A stretch of DNA of 63,270 nt, the filler included, from Licmophora abbreviata (lineage: Eukaryota), in the NCBI GenBank assembly GCA_900291995.1. It is 14 parts of 14 records of this genome, joined end to end, with 100 filler letters (N's around TTAATTAATTAA, not from the genome) between each part and the next. Parts side by side here need not be neighbours in the genome. Positions count along the whole stretch, not along the records: positions 41,194 to 45,552 come from OLMU01001039.1; positions 45,653 to 46,725 come from OLMU01001040.1; positions 46,826 to 52,131 come from OLMU01001041.1; positions 52,232 to 55,475 come from OLMU01001043.1; positions 55,576 to 62,165 come from OLMU01001044.1; 9 more parts are not named here. One strand, 5' to 3'. Positions 44,357 through 56,361 of the stretch are shown here, piece by piece (the first letter of the stretch is position 1; every line of letters begins with the position of its first letter). The notes beneath the pieces were generated by a model. That model had not been told where the DNA came from and searched no databases. It saw nothing but the letters and a program-made list of their open reading frames with translations. The translations under genes were made by a program, and so were the position numbers.

Positions 44357-45970
44357 TCAGCCTGCGGCCTGACATGACGTGTCGATCAGGACAGTGGCCG
44401 TGCAGTCGGCCATGCTCAGCATGGCGGACCCACCGGTGAGAGGAGACAGGCGACACCGCATCGGATGGCCTGCGCGGCTGTAAAGCACGGATTCCACAGG
44501 CTCGGTCAGGCTATTGCCCGACAGGAGGGTTTCCGCCTGCGGCCAGAAGGTATCGTCGGGGATATGCTCGCGACAGATCGCGATGAGAGCGGGCACGGAC
44601 AGCTCTGCAAGGCTGCTGTCCGGGTCGATACCGAGGACATCGGAACAGCGCTTGTTGCACAGCAAAAGCAGCTTGTTGGGCGAAATCACCGCGATGGCAT
44701 CGGGCAATTGATCCAGTACCGCCTGCCGCAGATTGAGCTGCGTCCGAAACCGGCGGGTCAGGGCGATCTCGTCCGATATATCCTCGAACAGAAAGGCCAC
44801 GGCGCCATCGGGATGCGGGCGACCCGTGACACGGTAGGTCAGCCCCGAGGGCAGCGACCAGGTGTCCTGATAGAGCCCGTCGGAAGCGGTGGCGACGATC
44901 TCGCTGATCCGGGTGCGCCAGTTGGCGTAGTTCTTTGGCTCCGGCATGATCTGCCGGTCGCGCAGATTGTCGAAAACCCCGATCAGGTCTGGGCGCGCAC
45001 TGAGAAATTCGGCCGAAAGCCCGGTCAGATCGACAAAGGCGGGATTGAACAGGGCCAGCCTTTGCTGGCGGTCGAACACGGCAAGCCCGGTCGTCAGATT
45101 GGCGAAGGTCTTGGTCAGCGTCTGGACGAAATCGCGGCGCACGGTTTCGGCCTGGATGACCTTGGTGATATCGGTGACATAATGGAACAGGTCGTTGCCG
45201 ACGCGGGTAGAATTGACTTCGTACCATTGGGGTGTCCCGTCGGTGGCGTTCTTGAACGAAATCCGGTCGATAAGAGAGCCTTCGCATTCGGGCACGATCT
45301 TCCGGTCGGGGAGAAGTTGCCCGCGCTCGTCCTCGGGGAGGTTGGAGAAGGCGAGGTTCTGCCAGATGACCCGCCCGTCCATCGATGAAATCGACAAGCC
45401 GAAAGGGGCATGGCGCAGAGCGGTGTTCCAATTTTCGAGCCGCGCGGAGAGGCGTAGATTGTCATGGCGTTCGGCCGGGCTTGGAACCGTCGGATCGCTG
45501 AGAGTGATGCGGCAGACCGGACCGATGGGGGCTATGTGCAGCATGGCTTGGTNNNNNNNNNNNNNNNNNNNNNNNNNNNNNNNNNNNNNNNNNNNNTTAA
45601 TTAATTAANNNNNNNNNNNNNNNNNNNNNNNNNNNNNNNNNNNNNNNNNNNNCACGCTTTTGAGCACCAGCCCGTCACCTGCAGGCACGAGAGCGACATC
45701 GGTGGGAAACTCGGGGAACCTGTCACAGAACCAGTCGCGCAGCGATGACCAATCCGACAGGGTCTGGGGGAGCAAGCGTTCGGGCAGATCATGATCGACA
45801 ATGGCGCCATTCTCGAACAGGAAATGCGCGGATTTATCTTGCGGCGGCGACAGTCTTGCCTGCCTGTTCTGTTGTCCGATCAGCAGGCCATAAACCCACA
45901 GGATCCCAAGCGCGGTCGCGCTCGAGACGATGGGAAGCAAAAACCACCCGAAAGCGGGAACTGTCATCAC
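44357..45970 (-). CDS. Membrane-anchored PAS-domain protein (Rhodobacterales short DivL-like), interrupted by linker
   Basis: N-terminal TM; FVQTLTKTFA..GLAVFD..LALFNPAF, FDNLRDRQIMPEPKNY, GRPHPDGAVAFLFEDI; between regB and tsaE. Confidence 0.75.
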
Positions 45971-46020
45971 GCGCCTTTCAATCTGCCCCAGACCCCCAGC
46001 GCAGCCTGCGCGGGAATTGG

Positions 46021-46036
46021 TTAACCGGTGGTTAAC
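46021..46036. promoter_or_regulatory. CtrA-binding site upstream of the divL-like gene
   Basis: TTAA-CCGGTGG-TTAAC matches TTAA-N7-TTAAC. Confidence 0.8.
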
Positions 46037-46040
46037 GAAG

Positions 46041-47565
46041 TCAGGCGCGGATCGGCGGGTTATCCCCGGTGGGTTGGCGGCTGTCCGAGGTTTCGGCCTC
46101 CATCCTGTGGCGCGGCCATGTCACCTCGATCACGGCGCCGGTGCGGTCCGGATGGCCGCCTGCCCCGTCTTTCTGCGCATCCGTGGCATTGGCAAAGCTC
46201 AGATCTGCGCCGGAGCGTTCCAGCAGTGTCTTGGCGATGAACAGGCCAAGCCCCATGCCTTCGTAGCCCGGACGGCGCGGATCGGAAGCCGGGCCGCGGC
46301 GGCGCATGAAGGGCTCGCCGATCCGGGCCAGAACATGCTGTGGATAGCCACGCCCGTCATCCATGATCCGCAAGCTGATATGCGTCTCGGACCAGCGGCT
46401 TTCGATCCAGACATTGCCGCGCGCGAAATCAACGGCATTCTGGATCAGGTTCCGAAGGCCATGGATCACTTCGGGGCGGCGATGGATGGTTGGCTGACTG
46501 TCGAGCGGCCCGGACGAGGAGACATGCTCGAAATGAATCATCTTGCCGCGATCCATATGCGGGTCGGCGGCTTCTTCTATCAGGGCGGTCAGGGGCGCCT
46601 TGCGCAGGTGCAGATCGTCCTTGCCGGCGCGGCCCATCGACCGGAGGATATCGCGGCAGCGATCCGCCTGTTCGCTGATGAGAACGGCATCCTGTCGCAG
46701 CTCTTCATTGTCCGACAGCTCTTGGNNNNNNNNNNNNNNNNNNNNNNNNNNNNNNNNNNNNNNNNNNNNTTAATTAATTAANNNNNNNNNNNNNNNNNNN
46801 NNNNNNNNNNNNNNNNNNNNNNNNNAGCTCTTCATTGTCCGACAGCTCTTGGGCCAGTTCCGAGCTGGTCAGCTTGATCGTGGCCAGGGGCGTGCCAAGC
46901 TCGTGTGCGGCGGCGGCGACGACACCGCCCAGATCGGTCAGCTTCTGCTCGCGGGCCAGCGCCATCTGGGTGGCCTGAAGCGCGTTCGACATGGCGTCCA
47001 TTTCGGACACGATCCAGCGGGAATAGACGCCAAGAAAGACGATCGCAATCACGATCGCCGCCCAGTTTCCGAAGAGGAACACATCCGGCATCCGCAGGAT
47101 AAAGCCTTGCTCGGTGCGCAGGGGCAGATGGAACTGCGTCAGGATCGACACGATCAGGATCGCCATCAACCCAAGAAACAGCGTGGACCTTGATGACAGC
47201 GCCGAGGCCGACACCGTCACCGGCCCCACGATCAAGATCGAGAACGGATTGTTCAGCCCGCCGGTCAGATACAGCATCAGGCCCAGTTGCAGCATGTCGA
47301 ACAGAACCACCAGCAGGGTTTCGGTTTCGGACAGACGCTTGTTTTCCGGATAGACGAAGGAGGCCACAAGGTTCGAAATGACGGCAACCCCGACCACCAG
47401 ATAGCATAGCCCGATTTCGAGGTTCAGGTTATACAGCCGCTGCGCCACGATCAGTGCCGAAACTTGCCCGGCAATGGCCCACCAGCGCAGCAGGATCAGC
47501 GTGCGCAGGCGAATCCAGTTCCCGCGACTGCGGGATTTGAAGGCGCTGGGGGAAATATCGGACAT
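46041..47565 (-). CDS. regB: Redox sensor histidine kinase RegB/PrrB, interrupted by linker
   Basis: LRTLILLRW, LTGGLNNPF, AAAAHELGTPL, NLIQNAVDFA, DDGRG, GMGLGLFIA; 27-nt overlap across gap. Confidence 0.95.
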
Positions 47566-47655
47566 CTGCGCGCTTGGGTCCCGTTGCAACTTGGGTTTCT
47601 GCTGTTAGATGTGCCACAGCCCGGCTTTGTTGCCCAGAAGAATGAGGATCCTTCG

Positions 47656-48282
47656 ATGACACGCATATTCGCGATTGCCGCCGCGATTGCCGCTTTGGCG
47701 GGCCTTGGCGTCTTTTTTCTCATGGGGTCGGGATCAGGGGGCGATGATCGCTTTGCGCAATGCCGCGAAGGGCAGGTCGCGGGCGGTGCGGAGATCGGCG
47801 GGCCGTTCACGCTGGTCAGCGAAACCGGCGAAACGGTGACCGATGCAGAGGTGGTCGATCAGCCGGCACTGATCTATTTCGGTTATACCTTCTGCCCGGA
47901 TGTCTGCCCGCTCGATGCGTCCCGCAATGCGGTGGCGGTCGAAATCCTCGAAGAACGGGGCCAGATCGTGAAGCCCGTGTTCATTTCGGTCGACCCCGAG
48001 CGCGACACGCCAGAGGTGCTGGATGACTTCACCGCCAATCTTCATCCACGGATGCTGGGCCTGACCGGGTCGCCCGAGCAGGTCAAGGCAGCCAGTCAGG
48101 CGTATCGGACTTATTTCAACAAACAGGAACCCACCCCGGGACAGGAAGACTTCTATCTGGTCGATCATTCGACCTTTACCTATCTGACGCTTCCGGAATA
48201 TGGGTTTGTGGAGTTCTTCCGCCGCGAGACGACGCCCGAACAGATGGCTGACCGCGTGGGATGCTTTCTGGATGCGATGTAA
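47656..48282 (+). CDS. senC: SCO-family copper chaperone SenC/PrrC
   Basis: IGGPFTL, YFGYTFCPDVCP, DPERDT, YLVDHS; between regB and regA. Confidence 0.92.
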   Translation: MTRIFAIAAAIAALAGLGVFFLMGSGSGGDDRFAQCREGQVAGGAEIGGPFTLVSETGETVTDAEVVDQPALIYFGYTFCPDVCPLDASRNAVAVEILEERGQIVKPVFISVDPERDTPEVLDDFTANLHPRMLGLTGSPEQVKAASQAYRTYFNKQEPTPGQEDFYLVDHSTFTYLTLPEYGFVEFFRRETTPEQMADRVGCFLDAM

Positions 48283-48365
48283 CCCCTTGCGATGGTTTGA
48301 CGCATCTGAGGGCGAGGGCTAGAACTGTTGCGTACAAGCTGTGCGCGAACGGGAGGAGTGGCGGC

Positions 48366-48917
48366 ATGACCGATGAGTTGTCTGATCTGGGAAGTGACAA
48401 GAGCCTGCTGCTCGTCGATGACGACGAACCGTTTCTGCGCCGTCTGGCCAAGGCCATGGAAAAACGCGGTTTCCAAGTGGAAATGGCAGGCTCCGTTGCC
48501 GCCGGCAAAGCCATCGCGACAGCCCGCCCGCCGGCCTATGCGGTTTGCGATCTGCGGCTGGAGGATGGCAATGGGCTGGATGTGGTCGAGATCATCCGCG
48601 AAAAGCGCCCCGATAGCCGTGTGGTGGTGCTGACCGGCTATGGTGCGATTGCCACGGCTGTGGCGGCGGTCAAGATCGGCGCGACCGATTACCTCTCCAA
48701 GCCCGCCGATGCGACAGACATCACCAATGCGCTGCTGGCTGGCGCCGACACGCTGCCGCCGCCGCCCGAAAACCCGATGAGCGCTGATCGCGTGCGTTGG
48801 GAGCATATTCAGCGCGTCTATGAGCTGTGTGACCGCAATGTGAGCGAAACCGCGCGGCGGCTGAACATGCATCGCCGCACCTTGCAGCGCATTCTGGCCA
48901 AGAGATCGCCCAAATAG
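48366..48917 (+). CDS. regA: Response regulator RegA/PrrA
   Basis: LLLVDDD, ENPMSADRVRWEHIQRVYELCDRNVSETARRLNMHRRTLQRILAKRSP. Confidence 0.97.
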   Translation: MTDELSDLGSDKSLLLVDDDEPFLRRLAKAMEKRGFQVEMAGSVAAGKAIATARPPAYAVCDLRLEDGNGLDVVEIIREKRPDSRVVVLTGYGAIATAVAAVKIGATDYLSKPADATDITNALLAGADTLPPPPENPMSADRVRWEHIQRVYELCDRNVSETARRLNMHRRTLQRILAKRSPK

Positions 48918-48920
48918 GCT

Positions 48921-49409
48921 CTAATCCAGCGTGAAACGACTGCTGATCTTGTCCACCAGCGTTCCGTCATCCAGCGTAACGCCCTTCTGCATTGCATAGG
49001 GCTCGAAGCCGCGGCTTTGGTAATAGGCCAGCCCACCGGCATTGTCGGCGCGGATCGTCGCGTTGATCCAGCAATAGCCCAATTCCCTCGCGGCGATAGC
49101 ATTGGCGTCGAATAGCGCCGATCCGATACCGAGCCCCGTCATCCCGGTCCGGACGAAGGTGGCGATATCGCAGGCCTCGGGCGGCAAGGCGTGATGCGGC
49201 GCGATGAATTGAAAGCCAAGAAGTGTGCCGCTGTCATCCTCGGCCACGTGCCATGCGGATCGACCCTGTTCCTGCCCAAGCCGGGCCGATATCGCATCAC
49301 GGGTGACCGGCTGGGTCAGCGCCGTGGTGCCGCCCTTGCGAATGATCGCATTGAGAAGCTCCGCCATCTCGCGCGTATCCAGGGCTCCGGCCCGACGAAC
49401 GATGATCAC
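48921..49409 (-). CDS. GNAT-family acetyltransferase
   Basis: IATFV..GLGIGSALF, IRADNAGGLAYYQSRGF. Confidence 0.85.
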   Translation of the reverse strand: MIIVRRAGALDTREMAELLNAIIRKGGTTALTQPVTRDAISARLGQEQGRSAWHVAEDDSGTLLGFQFIAPHHALPPEACDIATFVRTGMTGLGIGSALFDANAIAARELGYCWINATIRADNAGGLAYYQSRGFEPYAMQKGVTLDDGTLVDKISSRFTLD

Positions 49410-50000
49410 GACATCTGGTCCAAAAGGTCTTTGTGGCGGGCGGTGTAATCGTTGCGTGCCTCAAGCGGCGGACGCAGCACGATGGTCAGCCCTTCGATCA
49501 GCCCCATGTCGGGCTTGCCGAAGAACTTGTTCGCCTCGGACTCGGTGAAGCCGGCGATCTGAATGGCCTCCATCCATGCGCTGATCTTGTCGGCCTTCTT
49601 GATCCTGTTTCTTGACCTCGACCGGGATCGTGGCGGGCAAGCCGAAGCGCAGGTGAATTGCCGCCGCAAGCCGCTGATCCAGCTCGTCATAGCCCGGCCC
49701 GACCGCGGCCTTGACCGGCGAGATCATGTCCCCGATCACATACTCCGGCGCGTCATGGAGCAGCGCGGCAAGGTTCCATTTCCTCGGGCTGGCGGGATTG
49801 AGGCGGGAATAGAGCCTTTCCACCAGCAGTGAATGCTCGGCCACGGAATAGGCATAGTCGCCGATCGTCTGCCCGTTCCAGCGCGCGACAAAGGCCAGAC
49901 CATGCGCGATATCCTCGATCTCGATATCCACCGGAGTCGGATCGAGAAGATCAAGGCGCCGTCCCGACAACATTTTTTGCCATGCACGGGGTTGTTTCAT
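49406..50000 (-). pseudogene. HD-domain (YfbR-like) hydrolase with a +1 frameshift (pseudogene or sequencing error)
   Basis: IEDIAHGL, YSVAEHS, ALLHDAPEY; extra base at 49604-49605 (minus strand AAA CAG G ATC AAG) puts IKKADKISAWMEA in another frame. Confidence 0.75.
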
Positions 50001-50108
50001 AGTGGCCTCTTTGTCGCGCTATGGTTTCTGCGTGCCTGTGGCGTTGCCCATCACGGTTGCCGGTGCTATCTGCACTCGCAAATGTAAGTTTGCAAGGAGC
50101 CGCCCCAA

Positions 50109-51497
50109 ATGGCGAATGATTACATCGTAAAGGATATCAACCTGGCCGAATATGGCCGCAAGGAGTTGAATATCGCAGAAACGGAAATGCCGGGGCTGAT
50201 GGCCCTGCGCGAAGAATACGGTGAGGAAAAGCCGCTCAAGGGCGCGCGCATCGTCGGGTCGCTGCACATGACGATCCAGACCGCCGTTCTGATCGAGACG
50301 CTGGTTGCCCTCGGAGCAGATGTGCGTTGGGCCAGCTGCAACATCTTCTCGACACAGGATCATGCGGCCGCCGCCATCGCGAAATCGGGCGTTCCCGTTT
50401 TTGCGATCAAGGGTCAGACACTGGAAGAGCATTGGGATTACCTCGACAAGTCGTTCCTTTTCGAAGACGCCCCGAACATGATCCTCGACGATGGCGGCGA
50501 CGCCACGCTCTATGTCTTGCTGGGTGCGCGCGCCGAGGCGGGCGAGGACATCATTCCCGTCCCCACCTCGGAAGAGGAAGAAGTCATCAAGGCGCAGATC
50601 GCCAAGCGCATGGCGGCAAGCCCCGGCTGGTTTACCAAGGTGCGTGACCAGATCAAAGGCGTGTCCGAGGAAACCACCACCGGCGTCAACCGTCTCTATC
50701 AGCTGGTGCGCGACGGGCAGCTGCCCTTCCCGGCGATCAACGTGAATGACAGCGTCACCAAGTCGAAATTCGACAACAAATATGGGTGCAAGGAATCGCT
50801 GGTCGATGGTATCCGCCGCGCGACCGATACGATGATGGCCGGCAAGGTGGCCGTGGTCTGCGGTTATGGGGACGTGGGTAAAGGCAGTGCTGCATCGCTT
50901 GCCGGTGCCGGCGCCCGTGTCAAAGTGACCGAAGTCGATCCGATCTGCGCGCTGCAAGCTGCGATGGACGGGTTCGAGGTGACGATTCTGGAAGATGAAG
51001 TGGCCACCGCCGACATCTTCATCACCACGACCGGCAACAAGGACGTGATCCGCATCGAGCATATGCGCGAGATGAAGGACATGGCGATCGTTGGCAATAT
51101 CGGCCATTTCGACAATGAAATTCAGGTGGCCAGCCTCAAGAACCACAAATGGACCAACATCAAGGAACAGGTGGACATGATCGAGATGCCCTCGGGCAAC
51201 CGGATCATCCTTCTGTCCGAAGGGCGCCTTTTGAACCTTGGCAATGCCACCGGTCACCCCAGCTTTGTGATGTCGGCCTCGTTCACCAATCAGGTTCTTG
51301 CCCAGATCGAGCTTTGGGTGCGTGGCGATCAGTATGAAAACAAGGTCTACATCCTGCCCAAGCATCTGGATGAAAAGGTCGCTCGCCTGCATCTTGGCCG
51401 GATCGGTGTCAAGCTGACGGAGCTCAAGCCCGATCAGGCGGAGTATATCGGCGTGAAACCCGAAGGCCCGTTCAAGCCCGAGCATTATCGCTACTGA
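50109..51497 (+). CDS. ahcY: S-adenosylhomocysteine hydrolase
   Basis: [51 protein letters not shown]. Confidence 0.98.
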   Translation: MANDYIVKDINLAEYGRKELNIAETEMPGLMALREEYGEEKPLKGARIVGSLHMTIQTAVLIETLVALGADVRWASCNIFSTQDHAAAAIAKSGVPVFAIKGQTLEEHWDYLDKSFLFEDAPNMILDDGGDATLYVLLGARAEAGEDIIPVPTSEEEEVIKAQIAKRMAASPGWFTKVRDQIKGVSEETTTGVNRLYQLVRDGQLPFPAINVNDSVTKSKFDNKYGCKESLVDGIRRATDTMMAGKVAVVCGYGDVGKGSAASLAGAGARVKVTEVDPICALQAAMDGFEVTILEDEVATADIFITTTGNKDVIRIEHMREMKDMAIVGNIGHFDNEIQVASLKNHKWTNIKEQVDMIEMPSGNRIILLSEGRLLNLGNATGHPSFVMSASFTNQVLAQIELWVRGDQYENKVYILPKHLDEKVARLHLGRIGVKLTELKPDQAEYIGVKPEGPFKPEHYRY

Positions 51498-51517
51498 TAT
51501 CCCCAATCGGGACATCC

Positions 51518-51548
51518 AAAGGCCCCGGCGGCGACGCCGGGGCCTTTT
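51518..51548 (+). terminator. Rho-independent terminator after ahcY
   Basis: AAAGGCCCCGGCG-GCGA-CGCCGGGGCCTTTT. Confidence 0.85.
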
Positions 51549-51692
51549 GCATGCCATAAATCAGCAATAAACCCGGCAAATTTATTCTTTGTTGGACAGC
51601 ATTCTGTGGTTATCGTTCCCGCAGCGCCGGAATGGGGCTGTGATATCAACAGGACGACCCGGCGCCAATGCCGGCAAGGTGGGAGAGACAGT

Positions 51693-52034
51693 ATGGGAAA
51701 GCGTGACGACCTGATCGCAAAATATGCCGAAGATCTTCGGACGAAATGCGGCATGGAGCCGGACATGGACCTTCTTACAAAGGTAACGATCGGCTGTGGC
51801 CCGTCGATCTATGACGCCGACGCCTCGACCGTGGCGGGAAGTCAGCAAGGCGAGCTGGAAACGGTCAAGAACAACTTCCTCATCAAGAAACTGGGTCTGG
51901 CCGATGGTCCCCAGTTGATGGATGCGATCACCCAGGTCATCGAAACCTATGGCCGGTCCGAGCGTAACAAATACCGGGCCGTGGTCTATTACATGCTGAC
52001 CAAGCATTTCGGCAAAGAGTCGGTTTATTCCTGA
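51693..52034 (+). CDS. DUF2853-family protein
   Basis: KVTIGCGPSIY, VKNNFLIKKLGL, NKYRAVVYYML. Confidence 0.8.
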   Translation: MGKRDDLIAKYAEDLRTKCGMEPDMDLLTKVTIGCGPSIYDADASTVAGSQQGELETVKNNFLIKKLGLADGPQLMDAITQVIETYGRSERNKYRAVVYYMLTKHFGKESVYS

Positions 52035-52231
52035 AACCTGGCCAAAGACATGACTGGCGCCCGTCCCTTGCGGCGGGCGCTCTCATTTGAGGCGTATTCT
52101 AAGCATTACGGATTTGGCCGGGATGGTCGATNNNNNNNNNNNNNNNNNNNNNNNNNNNNNNNNNNNNNNNNNNNNTTAATTAATTAANNNNNNNNNNNNN
52201 NNNNNNNNNNNNNNNNNNNNNNNNNNNNNNN

Positions 52232-52881
52232 CGGCACATCTCGGCGAAACCACGCGTCATCAGGGCCGCGCGAGCACTTTCGCCAAGGCCCGCACCCATC
52301 ACCACACCGCTGCCAATCGCCATGACATTTTTGAGCGCCCCGCCAAGTTCGGCTCCGATCACGTCGGTCGTCGTGTAAAGCCGCAGTGTGCCGGTGCTCA
52401 GCAGGGGCTGCAACGCGCGGCCGATTGCGTCATCCGTACAAGCCAGCGTGAGCGCCGTGGGCAGACCCTTGGCGATATCGGCAGCAAAGGACGGACCGGT
52501 GAGGATCGCGGCAGGCGATTGCGGCAAGACCTGTGCGATGATCTGCGTCGGGCCAAGCCCCGTGGTCAGTTCAACGCCCTTGCAGCAAGCCACGAGCGGC
52601 GGGCCGGCGAGCGCTGCGCCATGATCCTCGAGTAGCGCACGCAACTTCTGCATAGGGACCGCCAGAAGTACGGCATCGGCGGTCTTTACAGTCTCTATTT
52701 CGGCGCAAATGCGGATATTTTCGGGCAAAGTCACTCCCGGCAGGCGCCGTGCATTTTCCCGTGTGCCCTGCATTTCCGCGGCATGTTGGGGATCACGCGC
52801 CCAGAGTGTCACCGCATGATTGCGCGCGAGCGTTATGGCCAATGCCGTCCCGAACGCCCCTGCACCCAGAATGACGATCAT
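52232..52881 (-). CDS. gpsA: NAD(P)H-dependent glycerol-3-phosphate dehydrogenase, 3' part in gap
   Basis: [28 protein letters not shown]. Confidence 0.95.
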
Positions 52882-53972
52882 GCCTTGGCTCCCTTCTTGC
52901 CGCCGCCGATCAAGGCCGGACTGCTGCGATCGAGCGGCCATCGCGGTCGCGCGGCCAGTGTCAGATCGTCTCGGTACCCGGCGGCAAACAGTTCGGCCCC
53001 AGCATAGGCGATCATCGCCGCATTATCCGTGCAAAGCGCCAGGGGCGGCGCGACAAACCCAGCGCCTTCGGCGGCACAAACCGTCTCTAAACTTGCCCGA
53101 ATGGCAGTGTTTGCTGCAACACCTCCCGCGACTGCAAACATGGGCATGGGCGGCGCCTCGGCCAGATAAACCGCCAAGGCGCGGCGGGTCTTCTCGGCCA
53201 GAACATCCGCGACCGCCGCTTGAAACCCTGCGCAAAGATCGGCCCGATCCCGACGGGTCAGACCGCCTTGCGCGGCAATCAGCGTATCGCGTGCTCGTAG
53301 AAGCGCAGTTTTGAGACCTGAAAAGGACATATCGCACCCTGGCCTGTCCAGCAAAGGGCGCGGAAAGCGAAAGCGCGTGGAATCCCCCTGTTTGGCGTCC
53401 TGCTCGACATGCGGACCACCTGGTTGTGGCAGACCCAGAAGCCGGGCTGTCTTGTCGAACGCCTCGCCGGGGGCGTCGTCGATCGTGCCACCAAGCCGGG
53501 TGAATTCCTCACAGCCGCGTACGACCAGAAACTGACAATGCCCGCCCGATACAAGCAACATCAGGTAGGGATAGGCGATAAGGTCCGTCAGCCTCGGGGT
53601 CAGCGCATGACCTGCAAGATGGTTCACCCCGATCAGCGGCAGGCCTGTTGCGGCAGCGATCCCCTTGGCGCACATCACCCCTGAAAGCACCCCTCCGATC
53701 AGTCCCGGACCGGCGGTCACAGCCACGGCATCCAGCCCCGAAAGCGTCACATTCGCCTTTGTCAGAGCCTGTTTCACGCAGATATCAAGCTTTTCCGCAT
53801 GGGCGCGCGCGGCGATCTCGGGCACCACACCGCCATAGGCTTCATGCAGCGCCGCCTGACCATGCACCACTGACGACAGGATGCTGGGCGTGCCATCCTC
53901 AACCCGCAGCACTGCGGCTGCCGTATCGTCGCAGCTGCTTTCAATCCCGAGAATGGTGAGGCTGGTGCCCAT
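52878..53972 (-). CDS. tsaD: t6A synthase TsaD
   Basis: [48 protein letters not shown]. Confidence 0.97.
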   Translation of the reverse strand: MGTSLTILGIESSCDDTAAAVLRVEDGTPSILSSVVHGQAALHEAYGGVVPEIAARAHAEKLDICVKQALTKANVTLSGLDAVAVTAGPGLIGGVLSGVMCAKGIAAATGLPLIGVNHLAGHALTPRLTDLIAYPYLMLLVSGGHCQFLVVRGCEEFTRLGGTIDDAPGEAFDKTARLLGLPQPGGPHVEQDAKQGDSTRFRFPRPLLDRPGCDMSFSGLKTALLRARDTLIAAQGGLTRRDRADLCAGFQAAVADVLAEKTRRALAVYLAEAPPMPMFAVAGGVAANTAIRASLETVCAAEGAGFVAPPLALCTDNAAMIAYAGAELFAAGYRDDLTLAARPRWPLDRSSPALIGGGKKGAKA

Positions 53973-54043
53973 GAGCCGCCCGTTGCGTGTTGGTCCACAG
54001 GCAGGTAACACCTGCGGTGAGTGCAAACAACTCCGGACAGCCC

Positions 54044-54775
54044 ATGGCGCCTGCGATCCTGATTACGCGGCCCGACCCTTCGGGTGCCGCCTTCGCCGAT
54101 CAGGTGCGGGCGCGGATCGGCTGTGCGCCCGAGATTGTTCTGTCTCCGATCATGCGGATTGAGCATTGTGGCGATCTGCCCGACATGAGCGGCTACAAAA
54201 CCCTGATTTTCACCTCCCGCCACGGGGTCGAGGCGTATCTGGCGCAGGATGGGACGTGCGACATTCCCGCTTATGCCGTGGGAAACGCCACCGCCGCCGC
54301 CGCCCGGCAGGCGGGCATGGAAGTGATCTCCTGCGATGGCGATGCAGGCGATCTGATCGCGCGCATCCTTGCCGACAGCCCGACAGCCCCCTGCCTGCAT
54401 CTGCGCGGCGAACATATCGCTTCGAACATCGCCCAAGCTTTGACTTTGGCCGGAACAGAGACACATGACACAGTGATCTATCGCCAAATCGAGGGGCAGC
54501 TCACCGCGCAAGCCCTCTCTCTTTTGCAGAATGGGCAGCCTGTGATCGTCCCTCTTTTCTCGCCAAGAAGCGCGCAGCTGTTTTTCGAACAGACAGCCGT
54601 TGCGGGACCGATACTTGTGGCAGCGATCAGTGATAACGTGCGCAAAGCCGTGCCTCGTGGTGCTGCGCAACGGATCGAGACGGCTGAAAAACCCACGGCA
54701 GAGGCAATGCTCGAGGTGATTGTGACACTTTGGAACAGCGCCAAGCGGCTTGAGGGCGGAAACCCGGCAAAGTAA
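54044..54775 (+). CDS. hemD: Uroporphyrinogen-III synthase
   Basis: [32 protein letters not shown]; divergent from tsaD. Confidence 0.88.
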   Translation: MAPAILITRPDPSGAAFADQVRARIGCAPEIVLSPIMRIEHCGDLPDMSGYKTLIFTSRHGVEAYLAQDGTCDIPAYAVGNATAAAARQAGMEVISCDGDAGDLIARILADSPTAPCLHLRGEHIASNIAQALTLAGTETHDTVIYRQIEGQLTAQALSLLQNGQPVIVPLFSPRSAQLFFEQTAVAGPILVAAISDNVRKAVPRGAAQRIETAEKPTAEAMLEVIVTLWNSAKRLEGGNPAK

Positions 54776-54832
54776 GGTCGTCGGGTGTGTGCCGATGGCA
54801 AGATTCGAAAAGGTCGACAGGGGTGGTGAAAC

Positions 54833-56342
54833 GTGGCTGAGAAAAAGCGCTCAAGAAACAAGTCGGAGAAGCCGACCGACACATCGGCCGCTGACACCGC
54901 GACCGATGCCACAAACACCAGCGCCCCCAAGTCGGCACCTGAGCACGATCACGATACGGCCGTATCGCAGACGTCGGAAACATCACCTGACGCCGCCGAC
55001 GCCGCGACCCCGGAAGACAGCCAGCCTGCGGAACCCGAACCCGAACGCGAACCCGACGCGGACAAACCTTTGGATCCTGAGACGAAAGGCGACGAGACAG
55101 ACCTTGGGGATGAAGCGCCGGACCCCACCGACACAGTGGACCAAGAGCCAGAGGAAACGCCCGACGCGACCGATGACACCCGTGACACGGTTGAAAAACC
55201 CGCGCCTGTCGCGCCCCCTCCCGAACAAGTCGTTGTCCGCAAGGGCGGGTTTTTCGCGATGCTTCTGGGCGGCGTCGCGGCAGCGGCCATCGGCTTTGGT
55301 ATGGCGCGCTATGTCTTGCCTCAGGATTTCCCGTTTCCCGCAAGTGGTGGTGACAGTGCCGCCATTCAGGATCTGACCCAAAGAATCGAAGCGCAATCGC
55401 AGGACATGACGCAACTGTCCAGCCGTATCGACACGCTTGCCGACGGCTCGGAGCCGGGCGCGGTGACCGGCGAGANNNNNNNNNNNNNNNNNNNNNNNNN
55501 NNNNNNNNNNNNNNNNNNNTTAATTAATTAANNNNNNNNNNNNNNNNNNNNNNNNNNNNNNNNNNNNNNNNNNNNAGCCGGGCGCGGTGACCGGCGAGAT
55601 GGACAGCCTTACGGCAGCAATAGACACTGTATCGGGCCGCGTGAACGAGATTGCGACCCGGCTTGACGCGTTCGACGCGCGCCTGTCCGGTCTTGAAGCG
55701 CGCGGAACGTCAGAATCTGGCGACTCGCAAGCCGCACTGTCCGCCTACGAACAGGAATTGCGCGAATTGCAGGCGTCCATCGCCCAGCAAAAAGCCGAGA
55801 TCTCGGCGATCGCAGAAGACGCTCGCGCCAAGGAAGAAAGCGCCGTTGAAACCGCTCAGGCCGCCATGCGCCGTGCCGCACTGACGCGCATTCAGACGGC
55901 TTTGGATGCCGGCACCCCGTTCGACGCGGCACTTGCCGATCTTGAAGCGGCGGATGTCGCTGTGCCCGAAGCGCTGGCCAGTGCCGCTGCCGAAGGTGTG
56001 CCGACGCAAGCCAGCCTGACCGAAACCTTCCCCGATGCCGCGCGCCGGGCGCTGGCCGCCTCGCGCGCCACTGTGGACGACGCGGGCGCCGGTGGTCTTG
56101 GCGGGTTTCTGCGCTCTCAGCTTGGGGCCAGATCGCTTGAGCCGCGCGAAGGCGATGACCCGGATGCAGTTCTGTCACGCGCCGAAGCTGCCGCGCGAGA
56201 GGGTCGTCTGAACGATGCGCTTGCTGAAATCGAAACATTGCCCGAAGAGGGCCGTGCCGAATTGTCCGACTGGTCGGCCGAGGCCGCGCGGCGTCTGGAT
56301 GCTCTGGCTGCGGCCGAAGCGCTGGCGCAGGACTTAAACTGA
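54833..56342 (+). CDS. COG4223 / mitofilin (Mic60)-like inner membrane protein, interrupted by linker
   Basis: Acidic N-terminus, TM (GGFFAMLLGGVAAAAIG), coiled coil, ARSLEPREGDDPDAVLSRAE; 24-nt overlap across gap; hemD-hemY context. Confidence 0.8.
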
Positions 56343-56361
56343 CACCGAAAGGGCAAAAAAG

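Noticed and set aside
50001..50108. SAH/SAM riboswitch upstream of ahcY
   Set aside because: Short divergent intergenic region with a plausible promoter close to the start; no recognisable aptamer.
54833..55230. Acidic Pro/Thr-rich stretch as a novel repeat protein
   Set aside because: Low-complexity N-terminus in frame with the COG4223-like protein.
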